Origin: Macrostomum lignano
Taxonomy: Eukaryota
DNA: 64,000 bases
Direction: 5' to 3'
NCBI GenBank assembly: GCA_002269645.1
Contig: NIVC01000929.1
Location: 24,717-88,716, forward strand
A program made the position numbers and the translations under genes. The notes beneath the pieces were generated by a model. It worked only from the letters and a program-made list of their open reading frames with translations, was not told the origin of the DNA and did no database searches. Positions 38,375 to 50,659 of the stretch are shown piece after piece; the first letter of the stretch is position 1; each line of letters starts with the position of its first letter.

Positions 38375-40269
38375 TCGATACGGAATTAAGCGAGTGAAGC
38401 AAGTCCTGCACAGATTTTCTGGTGGTGCTAAATATGTTAATGAACTAAACAATCGTTCTTAGTGTTGCAGGAACTGTTTGTTAGATATATTCTAGGCAAT
38501 TTTCTAATCGAATTGATTCACAATTTTTTAACAATCGTAGTTATGGTTTGCTTCGATGCAAGAATAATAACACATAATAGTTGGGTGCTTGTTTTCCTAA
38601 TATTAACAATTATTTTCCGTTTTTTTCTTTTTACTTCAGGCACTCTTGTATTTTAATTTCTTCAGGGAACTCATCCCTTCACGAGTTGATCAAAACAGGC
38701 AAATCTGTTTGCGAAGCTGCATTATTGACAATGTGCTCGGCCTGAGTCTTTAGATTTCAGCAGCATCGCAATGACTCAATCTGCTACAATTTACCAAGTT
38801 GGATAGCTCGTAATGCAGCACAATTTTTCTACCCGTAGTTCTTTGAGAGAAACTTGTGAAAGGGCAAAAATAACGCGCTCTGTATCAGCAAGAGAAGTTA
38901 GACTAACAGCAGCCCTTTACCAATCGCAAGTTTACGCTTCACCACCTTCACTTAGGAGCGACATTAGAAGCGTTTGCATTGGTTTAGTGCAAGTGGGGCA
39001 TTTGGGTGTTGGCTGTCTGGTGGTGTGGTGGGTGCTTTGTACACGCCGTGTGCCTATTTAGGCCGCCAGCTCTGTGGCTACAAGGGTTTGCCCGCGTTAG
39101 ATTTTTTTAGATGTACTTCTTCTTCGTCTGAATCAATAGTTCGTGACAATTTCGGTGTTACATGGAAGCCGGACGGAAAACTCAGCTTCATAGCAGCATC
39201 AATGCACTGCCCAGTTAAGACAAAATCTAAGCAAGTTCCTTGACTTTGAGTCTTTCAGAAACGACCAATTCTTGACAAACTTGGTTTGCACGTGAAACTG
39301 AATTCCGGAAATGATCCCCTTAATCGATGCAGGTGGATACATCTTGACATTAGCCTTCGGCAATTCAAACAAAAGCATGTTGTAGTGCATTCTCTCAATC
39401 GTTCTTAGTCCATCCGATCATATCGTTTCAGACTTTTAACTGAATCGTTGGCCTTAACTCTTCATGTATCAATAGAATAACGTACATGAATAGAATTTAT
39501 TCGACCTGCTTTTAAGCTTTGCTGTCGTTAAAGCCAGGATTCAGCAAGCAATACACCAGTAGGCACATTTGCGCCGGGGTAAAAGCCTCACTGGTGCAGG
39601 TTGTTCATTTGCAAACGCACTCCTTGTAGCACAAGCAACATGCAATACGAGGGTAGATAGCAAACGGCCAGGCTTCGATTAGATATTTTTCTTCACTGTT
39701 TTTAACGGTTAAAACTTATTGTAGATTAGCTACTGCTTGAATTCGAAATGCTTTGATTAGCTAAAACTCTATTGTCAAACAGAAGAAAGAAGAAATTCTG
39801 CAACTCTAAAAAAACCTTCATCAGTCATTCTAAGAAGAAGGAATTTTGCTCTTCCTTTGACTAACCGGGGCAAGACAATGGAAAAGAAAGACAATGGGCT
39901 TTGCTTAAAATCGATAATGGGACATCCACTATTCAGTACCACGACATAGACTCGTTTAGCACTTGCCTAGGGCTAACCAAGTCATTTGGAAACAATGCTT
40001 CGACAGTGAGCCACCGGCTCAACTATGCATGGCTATTCTCATCCCTCGTTCTTTCGCAAGAGATTAAGGAGTTTACTAAAATCCTGTTGTTACTATGGAA
40101 GCCAGGAGTTGCCAGGAGTCCCAATCCAATCAGAATCCCATCAATGGTAAAAAAAGCACAGAAAAAGCAACTATTACTTAATAGCTAGTGAGCCAGTTTG
40201 AGCACACGAAAACTCAAATTTCTGCTCAAAATAAAGCTAAGTAAGTGCTTTCCAATAAAACTTTTTAAA

Positions 40270-41688
40270 ATGAGTATCTTGAGTCTTTTATTTCTAATCA
40301 ATGCAGCGGTATTCTTGGCAGATGCGAAATCTTCAGGTGACGATAATTCTTATCCCATTGTGGTCAAACATTTTAGTCAAAACTCAAAATCAATGATTTA
40401 AACCGTAAACAGTTACAGAATTTTCTCCCGAACCGTCTATGCTGAGGCGACTGCTGTGACGTCATCGATTGGTCAGAGCGAGATCGACTGTGCCATCAAA
40501 TGCGCCGTTCTCCAGCCCTACGGCTGCTCAGCCACCACCTTCGTGCCGGAGATGAAGCTCTGCCTTCTGTCTGAGGTCTGGGGCGCAGACTTCTCTGCGG
40601 CTGCTCCAGGCAAACCCGTCTATCGGAGGCGGAAGCTTCGGCCGAGTAAGCAACTTTAAAAATCTGTGTTATTTTTTAGTTTTAAATACAAAGATTAACA
40701 GGAACTCAACCAGCAGTTTTCTCTTCTCAGAACCAGTTCCGAAAGTTGGCACTCGAACTTTCAAAGTCATGCAGCAGCGACTGCGTGGAATCCAGAGATT
40801 TGCTCTCCCGTGGGCGGCTTATGAGGCTGGATTTGGAGACGCCATTGACTTCTGGTTGGGTGCATGAAGACTAGGGGAGGGGATAATTTTCCAAAACATT
40901 CTCGGCAGTTGTGTGAGCACCTTTTAGAGAATATTCAGGCCACAAATGAGAATAGCTCTTAGCACAGAGCTCACTTAGAGGCTCTTGCATTCGAAATTTC
41001 TTGAGATGGTTTGCTCACTCTCGCCAACTTTTTCTGTGCTTTGTTTATCCCATGAGCACGCATGCACTCGTCGCTCAAAGACTTTTATTTTTGCTCTGGT
41101 CAACTCTCCCATTATGAGAAAGTAACTGATGATCATATTTTTTCAAAGAACTCTGGATTCGCTTCACATTCCTCTCTTCCTACTTGCCAGTAGGCAGTCT
41201 CTTTATTTAGTATTTTTGGTACCTATGTAAGGCGTAGAATTTATTAATTTTCAGGATTGAAAAAAATCAACGAGCTGACGGGAAGCACGCCCAGAGTGCT
41301 GCGGGTGGAAGCCGTCACCTGGGCTGACAACCTCTTCATCGCTGAGTACTCCGGCTTCACCGTGGGCGACGCCAGCACCAACTACACCATGACATTCGGC
41401 TCTTACCTCACTGCCAGCTCCAACATGACGGGAGACGCTCTGGCCTTCCAAAACGATAGCCAGTTCTCCACTATGGACCGGGACAACGATGGCAGGTCCG
41501 GCTCCAGCTGCTCTGTGGTTTACTGCGGCAACGGCGGCTGGTGGTACTCGAGCTGCGCCTACTGCAACCCGAGCGGCGTCTACGAGACCTCCGCCATCGC
41601 TGATTCGCTCAGAATGATGAACTGGAGATACGCCACAGGTGGCAGCTATGCGGCTCTAAAAAGCATCCGATTAATGATAGAGGTCTGA
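40270..41688 (+). CDS. Secreted PAN/apple plus fibrinogen C-terminal (FReD) protein: join(40270..40645,40731..40859,41255..41688), with an in-frame TAA at 40399-40401
   Basis: Signal peptide MSILSLLFLINAAVFLADA; PAN cysteines (DCAIKC..GCSATTF..LCLL); MQQR..W..YEAGFGD..FWLG; FSTMDRDND..C..GGWWYSSC. Both introns are phase 1 GT/AG. Confidence 0.82.
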
Positions 41689-42231
41689 ACTTTAATTGCA
41701 GACTTGCAGGTGGAACAGTAAATAATAACAATGGGCCGCTGACACTAATCTGCGCTGAAAATTTCCAAACTTTTACCTTAGAATGAGCACGATTGTAAGA
41801 AATTTATTAAAGCCTACTCGAAATGTAACACCTTAATCAAGTTTGATGTTAAATCTTTAGTTGATTAGCGATATGGACGCAGAGTATTTATTTGAATTCG
41901 TACGAGTATTTTTCATTCACATCATCGTATAACTCAATTCAGCTCTGGCGGACATTGGGAAAAGAGAGACTAAGGATCAGTGCATGAAGATAGCGTATTT
42001 CAGAAATTAGAAATTCAAGAAACAGAAGTAAAGATATTGCGACCATATTAATATCTCTGACAAACAAAATAGATTTATAGATTAGGATATCACACAACAC
42101 GAATTGATTACTATGAATATTATTTGGGTGATTTGAAAACACAGAACAATATCATAGATTGCTTTAGATTCAAAGCTGCTGCATATGAAGGCGAATAACA
42201 GCAATTCATTCGCGACGCCGAGGGCCGGCAC

Positions 42232-45200
42232 TCAGCCGTCCAGAGTGCTCATGCTGGTGCCCGCCGACTGCCCGCCGCCGCTGTCACCACCACGGTGCCG
42301 CCGACCGAAGCTAGGCGGAGGGCTGCACTCGTCTCGCTCCAGCGTGGCGGGCAGCCTCCTCCGATTGGAGCAGTCGCTGCTGCCGCTGCTTTCGCTGTCG
42401 CTGTCGGTGTCACCGCCGCCGCCGCTCGCTGTGAGTCGCTGATCAGCTTTGCCTGCCTGCTGCTGCAGCGCCCGAGCTGGCATGGAAGCGGACAGACTGC
42501 CACGGGCAGCGCCGCTGCCGCTACCTCGAGCCGGGCTGGGGTACACCGCTATCGGGTCATCTCGGCACGGGCCGCGCAGCAGGATGCGCCTGCGATGGCT
42601 GCTGGTGCCTCCGCCTGCGCCGCCGCCGGCGGCTCCACCGCCGCCGAGGCCACTGAGTCCAGCGTCGGGGCTGAAGGCGGCAACCTCAGGCGTGGTGCAG
42701 CCCTGCGCCCGAGCCCACTGCTCGGCGTTTCGGCCGAACTTCGGGTCGGTGCGCGTCACAGAAGCGTGGCCGTCGAGTGCCAGCAGGCTGGCGCACTCGG
42801 TGAAGCCGAACCGCGCCGCCAGCAGCATGGCGGTGAAGCCCTCCTTGTTGCTGCGGTCAATGTCGAGTCCCAGCCGGCGAAAACACTTGATGAGAATGCC
42901 GATGCCCGTGTCGTTGCCAACCAGGGCGCAGTGCATCAGAGGCGTATTTCCTAAAAAAGCAATTTGAAAGTTTCCTGTTTTCTGAATAGACCTCTATCGC
43001 ATACAGTCCATAGTGACCAGTCCAGAGGTTTATCACTCAAAAGCAGCTCTGCAACGCATTCCAGTGTAGCTTCTATAGAGTTTAAACCATTCAGAAGTTC
43101 TACTTACTTCTTTTCAATTGTTTGGCTTAATTAATGAATCAGTGTGGTTTAGCTTCTTGGAGTGGCTCTAGCTCGTAAGCTTAAAATAAAACCTCCAGCA
43201 TAACCTATTAATCAAATTCTGTGTTACCGTTTATCATTTTTTATGCGTAAGTAAATTTTCCCCAAGCTATAAACCATGGGCGGATGCCACAGGTGATCAG
43301 CTATCACATGGTGACAATTCGTCCTCGAGAGCGAAGTACTCAACGCTGCTATATTGATTAACGCTGTCGTACAGACGGCTCATTAAGAGTAATTCTAGAC
43401 CTGCGAGCTCGCCATTGATCCAGGAAATTCCCTGAAAATGATACTTCAAGATAACCAAGGGCACCTGACGCCAAAGGGAAACAACTGACGAAATAGTCCC
43501 AGACAGGATAGAACTCATTAGGATTATTTGACGCAATGCGACAGAGCAGACGGACGAATACACAGCCACTCAGAATATCATAATAGTCTACAGCAGGATG
43601 CAAGTCATCGGATGCATCAAATTGATTTCATTGCACTAATTCAGTTACTGTAGTGCAATTGCAATCAGACTGGACACCTGATGCAAGCTAATTTACGAAA
43701 TCGTAATATTTCTTGTCTCCAGCTTTTATTGATAAAAAATAAGACCACTATTTCTCAATGCCACTATGGCTGAACTAATTTCCAGTGTGGGGGGGTTTGC
43801 TTTTTGCGTGACTGTTGGCAATAGGAGAGCTTTAAGATGCCATAGTATACTATCTAGTTGTCAAATGACAAAAAAATCTACGCTATTTAGCAATGCCGCC
43901 TAAGTTCCTAAGTGAAGAGGCTTTCTCTGAGGCTCCACGATTAGGTGGGTATGCGGTCAGCCAGCGCTGTCATTCCCCATCAACCACAAGCTCAGAAGAA
44001 CAGTCAATCACCATCGCAGTCAGGCAGCTCGGGATCCACATTGTAGCGCACCAGGAGACGCACGACGTCATTGTGTCGCAGCTCGCAGGCGTAGCTCAGC
44101 GCAGTCCTGCCGGCGTCGTCTTGGTAGTTAGGATTGGCCCCGTGCGCTAGCAGCATGTCCAGGATCTTCTGACGGCACTTCTCCTCCTTCGGTGAAAGTT
44201 GGCGGGTTAAAAATCTATGAAATGAATCAAACTGATATCCGTAAAGACGTCGGAAAGAGTATCTCGGCTAGCTATAACCTCAAATATTGGAAACTGGTCT
44301 ACTATGTAGTAAGAATTTAGACTCTACTAACTTGAAAAATAAACTCTGCAGCTGTGCCCCCTTCCTGCAATTGTGCCCCCTCCTCCAACTGTTCCCCTTC
44401 CTGCAACTGTGCCCCCTTCCTGCAACTGTGCCCCCTTCCTCCAACTGTGCCCCCTTCCTGCAACTGTGCCCCCTTCCTCCGACTGTGCCCCCTTCCTCCA
44501 ACTGTGTCTCATTCTAGCCTTATCGTCACCTTCCTTTTTTCAATACCCATATGCACGTATATGTTTTCACAGCTGCTTCGTATCATATTTTTATTTTCTA
44601 CGCGAGAGAACATGTTTTCTGCATTCAGGAAGTGCTTCTCCATTAGTTCGACAGTTTGAAGTGTGATGGAGACATTTCTAAACTTTCTTTCTTATACCCG
44701 AACGCTTCAGTTGTCTTTTGAATTCAGCAGCACTAGGGAAGATCAATGCAGGAAGTGCTTACTGATCCTAAGAGCTTGGCTTAGTGAGCGAGCTGCATCG
44801 AGGAGCAGCTGTCTACCTGAGCCTCGTGTAGTGTCAACAAGACAGTCAACCCACATCTCTTCGTCATCTTTGCTGCTCAAAGAGGCTGAGCAGACCCCTC
44901 TTCATCCGCGCAGCCTGTTCGCCTTGGAGTCACGTGCGTCAATCGATACTAGATGAGATGGGGAGGGCGCAAGTGGCAGCCCATCCGGTAACTCCGGCTG
45001 CACTTTACCTGTAGGTGCAAGTCTAGTCTGACTAGACACTGCTGGATTTGTGGTTAATGGGGACTTTGACACGCCTGGCCAACAGTCAAGTTGTCCACTT
45101 GAAATCGGTGTTTGGAACTCAACTACTGAAGGCTCAAACCTCTCATTCTATCTTACTCTGCATCCATTCTGCATCCTCTGCTCGTCCTTCAAAGTCCTTG

Positions 45201-46605
45201 CACACTCCGCTCTCGCTGTCACTCACGGTGCGAACCATCTACCGAAGGAGCGTCGGATGACACTTGACTCGCTTGGAAGAGTGATCATCAAAAATCTTGC
45301 TTTTCTCCTGCCATGCCATGTCGGTTGCTTCCAAATAATTTTTTTTCGAAAATTTCTAATGAATTCTGACCTTTTTAAACTCTATTCTCCTCTCAATTTG
45401 ATTGCGAACTAAATCCAACTGAATACCAAAGGCTTTTAAGCCATGCGCCCTTGAAAACTCCAATCTATTTTCATATAATTCCGGACTAAAGCACAGGAAC
45501 GAAGGTTCAAATAAAGGAACGTACTCATGGTGAAATATACTCTACTCGCAAAATCTAAAAGGATTAAGTAGTGAAACTCGCACCAAATGCGCCCGGAGTA
45601 GTCAATTGTCTATCAGTTGCAAATCCGGACGAGCAGCTGCTCATTCGTCAGCTTAGCGAGTGAATAAATTTGGCGCTTAGTAACTGAAGCAAGCTGGATC
45701 AGCTTTTGTGGATTTAGTTTTAGAGACTTTTCTCATCGCACTTTGGCGACGTACAGATTCCTATGGCACTTTTTGTCGCTTTGCTGTTTTGTTGTTTGTT
45801 AACTGGGCAAGAGCTCAGTTCCAGGACGTTGAGTAAAATTTTTAGAGAGCCGAAAACGATTGTTCAGGCAATGCAGATGGGAGATGGACAAAGGATGCAG
45901 AGCAAGAGTTAAAAAGAAGAGCTAGCGAGAGACAGGGAATAAATTAGGAATAGGCTTGCTGCTGAGGGTGTACGAATTTCTGAGCAGCCGTATTCTCCGT
46001 CCCAGCCTCAGCTTCTTGTGAGCTGGGCAGCAGGCCCAGGTCAGATATAGAGGATAACAATGCCCCTGGGGACCCCAGATTACTAATCAGACTCACTGTT
46101 AGAAGGAGAGGGGAGTTGTTATGAGTAAAAATTGCTATTCGATTCAAGATCATCATCCGAGATTAGAATTCGGTTTCTAGCGAGCTTTCTCGAGGCGCTT
46201 TTTTGTCCCTAATGCGGATGAGGTGATCTTCTGTTGCAGCTCCGTTTGAAAGGAAAATATTTACTTGTTGGAGGGGAATGATGTTGCAGCAGATTTCTCT
46301 CAGGCAAATAATTTTGTGTGAGTGAAAGTGTTTCAGGCAATTTTGCTGCACAGATCGCTTTGTTGGCTCACCGTTATGTACACTGCCCTGATTAGGGGAG
46401 TCTTCCCCTTGAAGTCGCGGTAGTTAGTGACAACCTCCACCTCCTTCTCACAGGCCTCCAATATGAATTTCACTAGGTGCCGTTTGCTGCGGTTCACGGC
46501 GTCCAGCAGGGCGTTTGCGGCTGACTCCATGCCCGGCAGGTCTCTGACAGTCTTCTGCTGGCTCTGTGGTTGGTGCTGCTGCTTCTGCTGTGCAAAGCTG
46601 CTCAT
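42232..46605 (-). CDS. Ankyrin-repeat protein, ANKRD63/ANKRD34-like: complement(join(42232..42950,44012..44186,46372..46605))
   Basis: KRHLVKFILEA..GKTPLIRAV|EEKCRQKILDMLLAHGANPNYQDDAGRTALSYAC..|GNTPLM..FRRLGLDIDRSNKEGFTAMLLAA closely parallels vertebrate ANKRD63 as recalled. Splice phases 0 and 1 are consistent. Confidence 0.85.
44345..44505. repeat. 19-20-bp tandem repeat (TGCAACTGTGCCCCCTTCC), intronic
   Basis: Directly visible, about 8 units. Confidence 0.9.
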
Positions 46606-48880
46606 CCGGTACTTCCAGCCGCGCAGATGCTAACTGTCGATGGTACTGTATATTATATATGCTCCTATTATATACTTTTCGTCCCTGTTGGGCCTAGACT
46701 CAAGAGAGGCTCACTCTCTCCCCCCTGCTCCCCAACTAAGGCTTGCTAGTTGGCTGTGGGAGCGGATGGCCTCAAGCTCGGAGAGATTGGGCAGCAACTA
46801 AAAGGCGACTCAATTGGCTGCGTCAGAACAACGATGACTGCCAACTTTGGCTATTTCCAAGTGAAGACAAAAAAGCTGTTGAAAGCAACTCGTACCGGAT
46901 CAGCTTTTTCTGTCTCTTCTTTGTATATTATTATTTATATAATGCCGAGCAATTTTTACTGCTTCTGCAAAACCCAATGCAGTTGGGTGTTTAAATTACT
47001 TGTTTTGCCTGGAGGACGAGGGACAGACTGTGAGACAGAAGGGGAGACGAAATTAGGAGGGAGGATAACACGGCTCCGCTGCGGAAGCTGCTGAAAATCG
47101 AATGAGCGAGCGATGGGGGAGCAAGGGGAAAGCGAGGACACGAAATGGGAGGAAGGCGGATCGAGGAGGGGGGCTCCACCGGCTGCCTCTGCCCCCTATC
47201 TACCATTCCGAGGGTAAGTAGACACGGGATATCGCGCAGATTTTAGCAGAGCTTCGTAGCAAAGGATGAGGTGCGCGTGCAGCGATTGGGTAAGGAGAGA
47301 TGATGGCATGGCTGACTCGCAGTGTAATTTCCGGCATAGATTTAACCTGACAAACACTGCCTCTGTGGACAACTTGCCTATTGCAAACTAGCTTGATTAT
47401 CTCTCTTACTTTACTTACTGGTTCTTTAGCTCCTTTTATTTTAGTTTCCCGTGAAAGAAATGCAAAAAAATTGACTGTATACATGTAGACAGTACATGTA
47501 GACAGTGCCTGTTAGTGGGTTGCTGTAATTATAGTTTGATTTTGGAGTTCGGTGCAAAGTGGTTGAGAGCATAAAATAACCTCACGTCCTTTCGGAAGAG
47601 GAGCTGGGAGCAGAGGGCTGGCATCTCCCCTAAAAGGGGATGTGGGTTCTGCACGGCTGCCGAACCTCTCACTGCCCCCCTCTCCCCCTCCCGTCTGTCC
47701 ACAAGGGTGGCAAGAAATTTTCCGTTACCATGGAAACCATGAGCTTTAAATCCCCCGCTGCCCTTTGCTTCGCAGTTCTATAGCAAATCAATCCATTGGT
47801 AACTGCCTTCTTGCCCGAGTTTGACTTCGCCCTTTCTTCCGTGCGCCCGTGCCCCTCCTCGCCGACCTCTCTTTAATCATCTTTTTGACTTCATCCCCCA
47901 TTTTATTTGATTCGTGCCCTGACAGAGTTAGGTTTGAAGACGGCCAGTGAGAATAGAAATTAGAATTAGATCCATGCACTATTTGTTTCAGAGGAAATCT
48001 GTTTCACTTGGTAGAATCTAAATGCGTTTAAGGCCCTGACCAACGTTATAAGTTTGCTTTCTTTGTTTGTCTTGTCTTGAAGAAATTTATTAATTGGTAG
48101 CAGTGAGCCTTAAACAGTGCAACAATTTGCCTTTGCTGCACCAGACTTGGATACTAAAAGATGAATTTTCGTTAATTTAAAACACAAGTAGATCATGACA
48201 ATTTTTCTAATCGTGTCCCACTGTTCCCAGAACCATACAGCTCTTTTCTGCCATAAAACTGCAGTTTGTAAAGGCTCGCAGCATGGGCTAGAACTAGGCC
48301 TGACAAAACTGGGTCAATTTTGGAGAGAACAGGGCTAGCAGCAGGCACACTGTTGGATAATCTGTTTGCAAACACTCGCACTTAAGTAGTATATACCATA
48401 CAAAATTGCCAGCAAACCGTTCTCAGAATTCAATCAATTTAACCCTTTATCAGTGTGAAATGACTCATTTTCCCTTCATTACCGCTCGTCTTCACTTCGC
48501 TCAACTCGCTCCGCTCATCCTCGCTTCATTTCGGTCAATCTCCCCATTTCACACTTACAACGATTAATTCTCATTGAATTATGAGAATACGCTCTCGTCG
48601 TTCGCTTTGGTTTGCTGGCAATTTTGTATGGTACTCAAACTCTTCCAACACTTCTAACACTCCCCCCCCACTTCCAACTCTCTATAACCCCAGGTCGCGC
48701 CGCAGGCGCAAAGGGTATTTTTCTGTAGGTTTTAGAAAAGGCTATTCCTACAAACTCTGGCAGAATTATAATTTTTGCAAGAATGAAATTTTTGCCAGTG
48801 ACAATATTCTGCCAACCAATAAAAATTACTTGGGCTCGCTCGCACAAAAAGAGTTTTTCTGTTACTAAAAATAGACAAAA

Positions 48881-49290
48881 ATGACACACGTTACGCATAT
48901 ACAAAATCTGAATGAATTGCAGGTAGGAGACCCAGTTGAATACCGAGGTGAGGGTCTTTTTGATGTGGTTGGAACAGCAGCAAATATTTTTAAAGACAAT
49001 ATGGGTCTTATAGGGCAAGCAGGCTCTGCAGCAGGTTCTATAACAAATGCTGTAAAGGGCGGAATCGAAGCAGCGAGGGCAGCAGAAGAACTAAAGAAAT
49101 TGAGAGAATTTAACGACACCCTCTCACAAATAAAAGCAATAAAAATTTGAAACTAGCGCAGGAAGCAACCCAAGCCGCACAACCAAAAGAAACCCCAACT
49201 AAAAGCACACCAATAAGTAATAAAGATATTCAGGATTTTAATAAAATGTTAACCACAATTAAAGGTGGAAAAGGATTAAAGAAATTTTAA
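48881..49290 (+). CDS. Small Gly/Ala-rich putative virion core protein, one frameshift near 49130
   Basis: RGEGLF..KGGIEAARAA. The second frame continues to TIKGGKGLKKF*. The GxG motifs resemble adenain sites (inference). Confidence 0.5.
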
Positions 49291-49300
49291 CAATATAAAA

Positions 49301-50290
49301 ATGGACTCAATTAATGACGAAAATCATGCAAAGCATGCGACCTATCAGGACGATCGGCTATATTTTATAGGAGAAATTGTAGACACTCTAGGTTTAGATG
49401 ATAATAAACATAGCCACACAATGTTAAAAAGATTGGATCGCTTAGGCAAAAAACTTGACTATGATATCGATACATTTAAACTTGCTTCAAAATATGCAAA
49501 AGAAGGAAGGCCAATATCCTTTAAGAATCACGGTAGAAACTATAGGCTAACAGACTCCGATGTGAAATTTTTATTGGAGACTCACACTAAAAAGGACGGT
49601 GGGTTGCTGCCCATTTTACCAATTCTTTTAGGTCTCGGAGCAGCTGGAGCAACCGGATTAGCAGCCAAAAGAATTCACGATAACAGAAAACAATTAGCTG
49701 AATTAAAAGCAAAAGAAGGGGGTATATTACCCTCGCAACTTTGCTCCCAATAATTTTTGCAGGAATAGGAGCAGCCGGTGGAATAGCGGGAGGAGCCGCC
49801 GGAATCACAAAGGCAGTAAATGACAAAAAAGCTGCGGATGAAAAAGCTAAACGAGATGCTGAATTTCAAAGACAGCAAATAACGCAGGATGCACAATTCA
49901 AACAGAAACTCATTGACACTATTAATAGTAGTTCGGCAACACCAGCACAAAAAAGAAATGCAGAAGCTAGGTTAGCAGCTGGAAAAGGTTTAATTTTAAA
50001 AGGAACGACTCAAGGAAGCGGAGTTGTCGCAGATAAACTACATGAGTTTGGGCAAACTTTAGAAAAAAACGGGTGAGAAAGCTAAACGATTTTTTGACAA
50101 TATTGGAGCCAATTTTAGACAAGCTGTTCAGAAGATTTTTAATAAGTTAGGAAAAGATTTTAATATAATCGAAAAACATGACGGAAGTGGATTATATCTA
50201 GAAATGCGACCAAAAGCAGGTTCAGGAATCTTCTTAAATGCAAACGTTATGGGTAGTGGGCTACTGTTACCGAAAGCAGATCTCGAATAA
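49301..50290 (+). CDS. Polinton core protein with adenovirus pX-like hydrophobic segments; frameshifts at ~49730 and ~50070
   Basis: KDGGLLPILPILLGLGAAG and KEGGILP/LATLLPIIFAGIGAAGGIAGGAAGITKAVNDKK resemble pX (GGILPLLIPLIAAAIGA). The C-terminal frame has GSGLYL, GSGIFL and GSGLLL. Confidence 0.62.
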
Positions 50291-50316
50291 ATATTATATA
50301 AATTTTATTCTATAAA

Positions 50317-50595
50317 ATGGAACAAAGACTGACCCCAGATCAGATTCTACAACTTCTTGCAAATGAGCGCGAACAGTTCAATCGATTACAAAGACAGGTT
50401 GAACAAATTGAACAGCGCCAAAGACAAAGACAAAGACAGAGAGCAAGAGAAAGACAGAGAGCGAGAGAAAGAGAAAGGCAAAAACAAAGAGAAAAACAAA
50501 TAGAAGATCAGCAAATAAAAGAATTAGCAAATAATATAAGGGCAGAATATGAAATGAAGCGTTTAATAGAAAAGCTGAATATGAAAAAGGAATAG
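50317..50595 (+). CDS. Coiled-coil, Arg/Gln/Glu-rich ORF (possibly a frameshifted N-terminal part of PolB)
   Basis: Open 92-aa frame with an AAAATG start and RQRQR/RERQ low complexity. Confidence 0.45.
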   Translation: MEQRLTPDQILQLLANEREQFNRLQRQVEQIEQRQRQRQRQRARERQRARERERQKQREKQIEDQQIKELANNIRAEYEMKRLIEKLNMKKE

Positions 50596-50659
50596 CAGAA
50601 TTAGAAAAAAACCAAAAGAAACCCATTCGTCGGAAACCGCGGAATAAATCGGATTAAAA

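Noticed and set aside
38900-39660. Cys-rich minus-strand fragments (KCPTCTKPMQ, CCLCYKEC, CAYWCIAC)
   Set aside because: Scattered over different frames with many stops; could be a decayed transposon zinc finger but cannot be supported.
44700-45260. Protein-like minus-strand stretches in the ankyrin gene intron
   Set aside because: Multiple stops and no recognisable family; left uncalled.
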